A stretch of 64,000 nucleotides of DNA, taken from Hyaloraphidium curvatum SAG 235-1 (taxonomy: Eukaryota; Fungi; Monoblepharomycota). Both the position numbers and the translations under genes were made by a program. This document shows positions 59,012-64,000 of the stretch, one piece after another. The notes beneath the pieces are model-generated. The model did no database searches. It worked only from the letters and a program-made list of their open reading frames with translations, and had not been told where the DNA came from. The DNA is taken from assembly GCA_025558095.1 (NCBI GenBank), contig JAIVFI010000004.1, positions 1 through 64,000 of the forward strand, written 5' to 3'. Position 1 is the first letter of the stretch; each line of letters starts with the position of its first letter.

Positions 59012-59293
59012 CTCGTCGGGCCAGCTTCTGGTTGGTGGTGGCCGACGAGCGAGGGCGGGTCACGGCGGTAAGAAGGAGAAGAGCCGTGATTCGGTGACGT
59101 GGCGGTCGCCGCTTCCCGGCCCAAACCGACCAATCAATAGATGTCATCGGCACCATTTGCACATGTGGTGAACAAACGGCAATCAGATCCCAATCGTCAT
59201 CTAGGCCGCGTTTTGTCTACATTACTAGATCTGCGTTACTCTCCCGGCCGTTCTGCGGTCTTGCAGTTAACTTATCTCGGTAGCCCGCGTCCT

Positions 59294-60395
59294 TTAAACC
59301 CCAAGAACAAAGTGCCTGTCCGCAAGCACGCCTCGTTAGTGAAGCCTCGAAGCCATCCTGAAAGGACGGGCCAACGTACCGGAACGCGACGGTCAAGGCG
59401 CTCGTCGTGAAGCAGCAGCTCCCAAGGACCCAGGCTGCCGTCACGGGCACCGGCGGGAAGTTGAGCCAGTACAGGATGGTAGAGATGAAGAAGGTGAGGC
59501 CCCCGAGGCCGGCAAAGAGCTCGACGACGAGGAGGGTGTAGCGATCGTAGCTGAAGTTGGCGCACTTGAACTCCTTCGACGCGGGGTTGGCCGTGTTGAT
59601 CGTGCCGATCCGGAGCACCTTCCAGCCTTGGCTCTGATTCCCAGGATCAGCAAAGGCCGGAGCGGATCGCGATCACGGAAACCCACGACCCAGATGAAGG
59701 CCGACCCGAAAATGAAGCCAAAGATGCCGAGGTTGGGCACATCCAGGTACGGAAGGAAGCCGATGGAGCCCACGAGGTAGAGCACCGAGCCGCACAGGCT
59801 CAGGGTCGAGTTGATCCCCATGGAAAGTCCCTCCTCGAACCAGAACGAGTATCCGCCCGGATCGACGCCCTTGATGAGGGCCGTCCGCTCATCGGGCTCG
59901 TCAATGGGCGGAGGTCCTTCGAGAGGGGGCAGGGTGCCGCACGCGCGTCCAAAAGTGAACCATTCCTGCGGCAGGGGGATTCATCAAAGGGAGGTTCTTC
60001 GCGGGCCCAAATCGCGCGTGCTCCTCACCTGAATATCAACGAGCAAGAAGCCGCATGAGCCGAGAGTGTACCAGAACGCTCCCCAATAGTAGCCGTCGAA
60101 AGAGGGGCTCTGGAACTGAGGGAAGTAGCAGAGAGAGCCCAAGATGAAGGTGGATCCCCCTAGACGCCGCGGAACGGGTGGAACGGTAAGCTCGGATCCC
60201 CAAACACGTCGAATCGGCCGCGTACCGAGGAAATAGAAGCAGAAGTGACTGGTGGGCGTGTTGGCGGTCGCCGTGCCAAGGATTCGGTCAGAGCCACGCC
60301 CACGGCACCGCATTCCGCACGCGCTCGGCGGGGACCCACAAGATACGCCAGCCGAGAGAGAATCCCGGCGTGCCGCTCCCGATTTCGGAGTCCAT
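59294..60395 (-). CDS. YrhK-like multi-pass membrane protein (multi-exon)
   Basis: MDSEIGSGTPGFSLGWRIF|HFCFYFLG|GSTFILGSLCYFP, YTLGSCGF, INSTLSLCGSVLYLVGSIGFLP, FIFGSAF. Confidence 0.8.
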
Positions 60396-60484
60396 CGCCG
60401 CGGGGGAGAGGGGGACGGTCGTGTGGCGAAGATAACTGTCCGCGGTCGTGTTGCGGCGCTGCGCGGGTCCGCCGATGATCGCCA

Positions 60485-62627
60485 GTTCCCCTCGCTGATT
60501 CCCTTCTTCCGGACCTTCTACGGTGGGCCATGCCGGATCATCTACCGTGACATCCTGGGCCAGGCAGTGTTCTTCGCCGTTTCGGCCGAGGGCGTGATCC
60601 AGGGCATGTCGGAGAGCGGGGTCGTCTTCGACGTGGTCTACAGTTTCCTGTTGGCAGCAGTGCGTGCTGCGCACCCGGCGACACGGATCCTCACCCTGCA
60701 CGACGACACCTACATCCTGGGCCGCCCGGCAGCCGTCGTTGCCGCGTACATCTCGCTGCTTGAAGTCCTGGAGGAAAACCAGCTGGCTGTCCAGCCCGGC
60801 AAATCCGCGCTGTACGTGGCCGACATCGCCTCGCTCCTCACCCCGGTCGAAGGCCACGCCTCGCTGGCTACCTGGGCCTCGGCCACGGGCATCCCGTGCG
60901 TTAACGAGGTTGCCAACCCCGTCGAGCGCGGGTTCCTTGCTGGTGGACTCCCTGTCGGCTCCCCTGAGTATGTCGAATCGTTTCTCAAGCAGGCATGCGA
61001 CTCGACCATGGATCTGGTTCGGACCGTGGTAAACAAGTGCGAGGAGTGGCCGCTCGAGGTGGGCTTCCCAAAACGCCACGGTCTTTACACCGTGCTTCGC
61101 CTCTGCGTGGCCAGCCGCCTCATCCACGTTGTCCGCGGTCTCCCTCCGCGGTTGACCATCCCCCACGTGGACGCTGTCGACTGGTGCACCATGCGGGGCC
61201 TACTTCTTCTTGCGGGCCACGGAGAGCTCGCCGCCCTGCCCAACGCGCGTTGGCAGTCTCACAGCCTGCTCCGCCAGCTCCGCCGCCGCATCTTCCTCTG
61301 GCTCGATGGCGGCGGCATCGGTTTCTTGGAACTGGCCCGGCTCGCACCCTTTGCGTTCGTCGGCGCCCACGCGCTCTCTGGCGTGCGGTTACGCCGCCTC
61401 ATTGGGCTGCGCCGGGCCGGTGACTCCTACACCATCGCGGAGGACGTGCTTAGCCGGCTCACCGCGGACCTGGACCTTGCGCTCACCGCAGTCCGTGGCG
61501 CTGGGCTTGCCGAGCCCGTGCTTGCCTCGCTCTCCGCGTCGGGCATCGAGCTGTGGATGGCTTCCATCGGCGCCAAAGGCCTGCAGCACGAGTTGTACCG
61601 GGCACAGCTGGCCTGGATCCACCAGGCCATTCTGGCGGACCTTCCCGCGGGCTCCCAGCAGCGCGCCATCTGGCTTAGCGTCAAGGCCGGCCACTCGGGT
61701 GCCTGCCTGGGTGCGCAGTGCTTGGAGAAGGACACCGGCCTGGACGACGAGGCGTTGCAGCTGAACCTCTGTACCGACCTCGGTCTCCCTGCCCCTTGGC
61801 TCTCGGCCCTACCATCGCAGATGCTCTGCCCGCTCGGGTGCACTGTCGACGACGGCAGTGGCAGGCAGGTCACACGCATCCTTGCGCCGCGGGGAGCCGA
61901 CTTCCTGCACGCCTTCACGTGCCCGATAATGGGCAAGGTTGCGCGGCACAATGCGCTTGAATCTGCGTTGGCGGATGAGCTCAAGGACAAGCTCGCCTCC
62001 CGTGGCGTGGTCGTCGACCGTCGTCATCGTGGTTACCTCGAGAATGGGTTCGTGCCCAAAGACACCACACTTGCACGAGCCCTGGACATCGGGAAAACCT
62101 CGACCGACATCGTCATCCGCCGCGTGGGCGCTCGTTCTGACCTCGTCGACGTCACCGTTGTTACCCCCAGCGTCACGGCCTCGCGCTCGACGGACTCCCG
62201 CAACGAGACCTCGCTCCTGCGCCGCGCTGTTCAGAAGAAGGCGACGGCCCTTGCCAACCAGTTCTACGTTCCCGATCCCCCCGTGCACAACCTCGTTTGG
62301 TTTGCGGTCTCGACCTTCGGCCGCCTGCACGACGTGGCGGACGAACAGCTCCGTGTTTGGTCTCGAGAGATCTCTCCCCCGCGCACCAAATCCGACGGCA
62401 AAGACTGGGATGTCGATGGTCTCATGGCCCGCCAGACCGGCCGTCTGCGCGCCGTTGTTCAGCGGGGGCGCGTACTGGGTTGCCAACAGCTTATGAACAG
62501 GTTCAAGGAAGCCTGTACCCGGCAGCTCGGCGGACATCTAACCCCTCCCCTCTTCCCCGAATTCAATGTATATGGCGTGACGTGATGTATCGGGGTTGGG
62601 GGGCGCTCAGCGCCTGTGATAGAGATC
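60485..62627 (+). mobile_element. 5'-truncated non-LTR retrotransposon, CRE/SLACS-like (RT + CCHC + restriction-like endonuclease)
   Basis: Open frame to 62585 with GVIQG, LHDDTYILG, QPGKS, PVGSPEYV, GGGIG, CPLGC..HAFTC..RHN, TDIV..VDVTV..KK, FAVSTFG; flanked by direct repeat TGATCGCCA at 60476-60484 and 62628-62636. Confidence 0.9.
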
Positions 62628-62988
62628 TGATCGCCAATGCACAGCGCTGCCTCACGCAAGATGCAGCCAAGCAGGAAGACCAGGGATAGAAGAATTGGTT
62701 AGGACCGCTTCGATCCCGAGGTAGGCTTCGCAAAGAGCCCAGCACTACGCACCGCGAGAAGCCTGACCACGAAACACGCGCAACATTGAGCTCAACGTCA
62801 ATTGCGAATCCGATCGTCAGCTGATGAATTCCTTCGATGCCCTGGCACAAGCCTTCAATGATCTGGCTGGAGATTTGCAGTGGATGGTTATTTTTTGACA
62901 CTTGTTGGGTGTTTTGTGAGCCCGGGATTGGGTCGAGTGACGTGTCGCTTGTTCCGACCAAGTACCTTTCGGAGGAACCGCCACCGAA

Positions 62989-63738
62989 ATGCCCCGCGAG
63001 TTGCTGCTGCTCCGCTACCGCATCTACGAAGCGACCACCGGCGGCTACCTCAGCTTCGAGGCGTTCCCGCTCCCGCTCCAAGCCTGGCAGGAGTCCGAAG
63101 CCGCCGGCCGCGCGACGGACGGACTGTTCTCCCCCGCGGCCGATTGGGAGCAGTCTCTGCTCGGTGCAAGGGCGTGGCAGTGTTCCGTTTGCCAGGCCCC
63201 CGCCGAGCTTTCGGAGCGCGGCAACAGCATCAGGGAGGCCACGGTCGAGAACGACCTGCCCAGTCCCTCTGCGGAAGGCATCGTGCTGGTCGAGCGGTAT
63301 CCCACGTGCGGTGCCGAAGCTTGCAAGCATGCTGCTGCCCGGGAAGCGAAGGCCAGGATCGATACCGTGTTTGCCGAGGAGGCTTTCGTGCTGCCGGAGG
63401 TCCGGCTCGCCATCCGCCCGGCGCTCGGGCAGCCTTTGCACCAAATCGACCAATCGAGGGGCTTTTTCCTCGATGTTCCTGCGCGGGAGATCACCGTCGA
63501 GCGCTTGGTGGAGGGGCTGGGTGCCGAGACCCATCGTTGGTCGCGCAGGGCGATCGTGGAAGCCGGGGACAAGTGCGCGGCCTGCGGAGCCAAGTGCAAA
63601 GGTTTCGCGACCGAGATAAAGCCGTTGGTTCCGGGGGAAGCTCTTGTGATCGTGCCCGTCTTGGTGACCGCCGTGCCGACCTGCGGTGCGAAGGACTGCG
63701 TCGAGAGGATTGATGCGGTGGGCTTCAACGACGACTGA
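62989..63738 (+). CDS. Hypothetical protein with two CxxC...PTCxxxxC repeats, intronless
   Basis: WQCSVC...YPTCGAEAC and DKCAAC...VPTCGAKDC; same motif as in the 8365-9209 gene. Confidence 0.75.
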   Translation: MPRELLLLRYRIYEATTGGYLSFEAFPLPLQAWQESEAAGRATDGLFSPAADWEQSLLGARAWQCSVCQAPAELSERGNSIREATVENDLPSPSAEGIVLVERYPTCGAEACKHAAAREAKARIDTVFAEEAFVLPEVRLAIRPALGQPLHQIDQSRGFFLDVPAREITVERLVEGLGAETHRWSRRAIVEAGDKCAACGAKCKGFATEIKPLVPGEALVIVPVLVTAVPTCGAKDCVERIDAVGFNDD

Positions 63739-63788
63739 AAGAGCAGCAAGATGACTTGCGCTATCAGCTTGTACATCTGTACGTGTAG

Positions 63789-64000
63789 CTAGACTTGCTT
63801 CTTCACGCTTCCTCCGACCGCCGCGGAGGCGAACGCCTTCCTGCTCTCCTCCCCCGACGCCAGCCTCTCCCTGACCTCGGCCTCCCTGGCCTCGTCCTCC
63901 GCGACGAACCTGTCGTCGAACGTCGTCGCGAGCTCCTTCAGCCCCCTGATCGCCCCCACCGACCTCGCCCTGCCGTCCTCGTCCCTCGCATACTTCAGCA
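63789..64000 (-). CDS. 3' end of an unidentified gene entering from beyond the window
   Basis: Open frame LKYARDEDGRARSVGAIRGLKELATTFDDRFVAEDEARE...KKQV* with GC3-rich codons. Confidence 0.6.
   Translation of the reverse strand, partial: LKYARDEDGRARSVGAIRGLKELATTFDDRFVAEDEAREAEVRERLASGEESRKAFASAAVGGSVKKQV

Noticed and set aside
59294-60395. YrhK-like gene disrupted by the retrotransposon
   Set aside because: A complete first exon and ATG (60395) can be spliced; the insertion is upstream, not inside the CDS
60252-60484. N-terminal extension of the 777-aa retroelement ORF
   Set aside because: It lies outside the TSD and is the antisense of the YrhK-like gene's first exons and 5' region; it is open by chance in GC-rich DNA
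466-63776. Numerous long Arg/Gly/Pro-rich ORFs in the six-frame track (e.g. 466-1557, 15437-16855, 41512-43128, 55896-57356)
   Set aside because: Antisense or off-frame shadows of real genes, caused by high GC and scarce stop codons

Overview
High-GC eukaryotic DNA, densely packed with genes that carry many short (~45-90 nt) GT-AG introns. Two Zn2Cys6 regulators, SAR1, a HAM1-like gene and an Sfk1-like gene indicate a fungus; an early-diverging, chytrid/monoblepharid-like lineage is my inference from GC content, intron style and MYND/F-box expansions. About 38 genes or gene relics can be read. Housekeeping and metabolic genes (OYE, GATase, SAR1, mitochondrial phosphate carrier, amidase, MFS, MAPEG) are mixed with a dynamic accessory set: three dispersed copies plus one diverged relative of a secreted Thr/Tyr-rich, Cys-bracketed protein family whose upstream non-coding element also occurs twice without the gene; three trypsins, one with an in-frame TGA at a conserved Cys; damaged MYND genes sharing an unnamed Cys4 repeat; F-box/LRR-like genes; two beta-lactamase-family hydrolases; and a 5'-truncated CRE/SLACS-like non-LTR retrotransposon bounded by a perfect 9-bp target-site duplication. 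No rRNA, tRNA or CRISPR array was seen. Multi-exon coordinates are start-to-stop spans; internal exon boundaries were read by eye.
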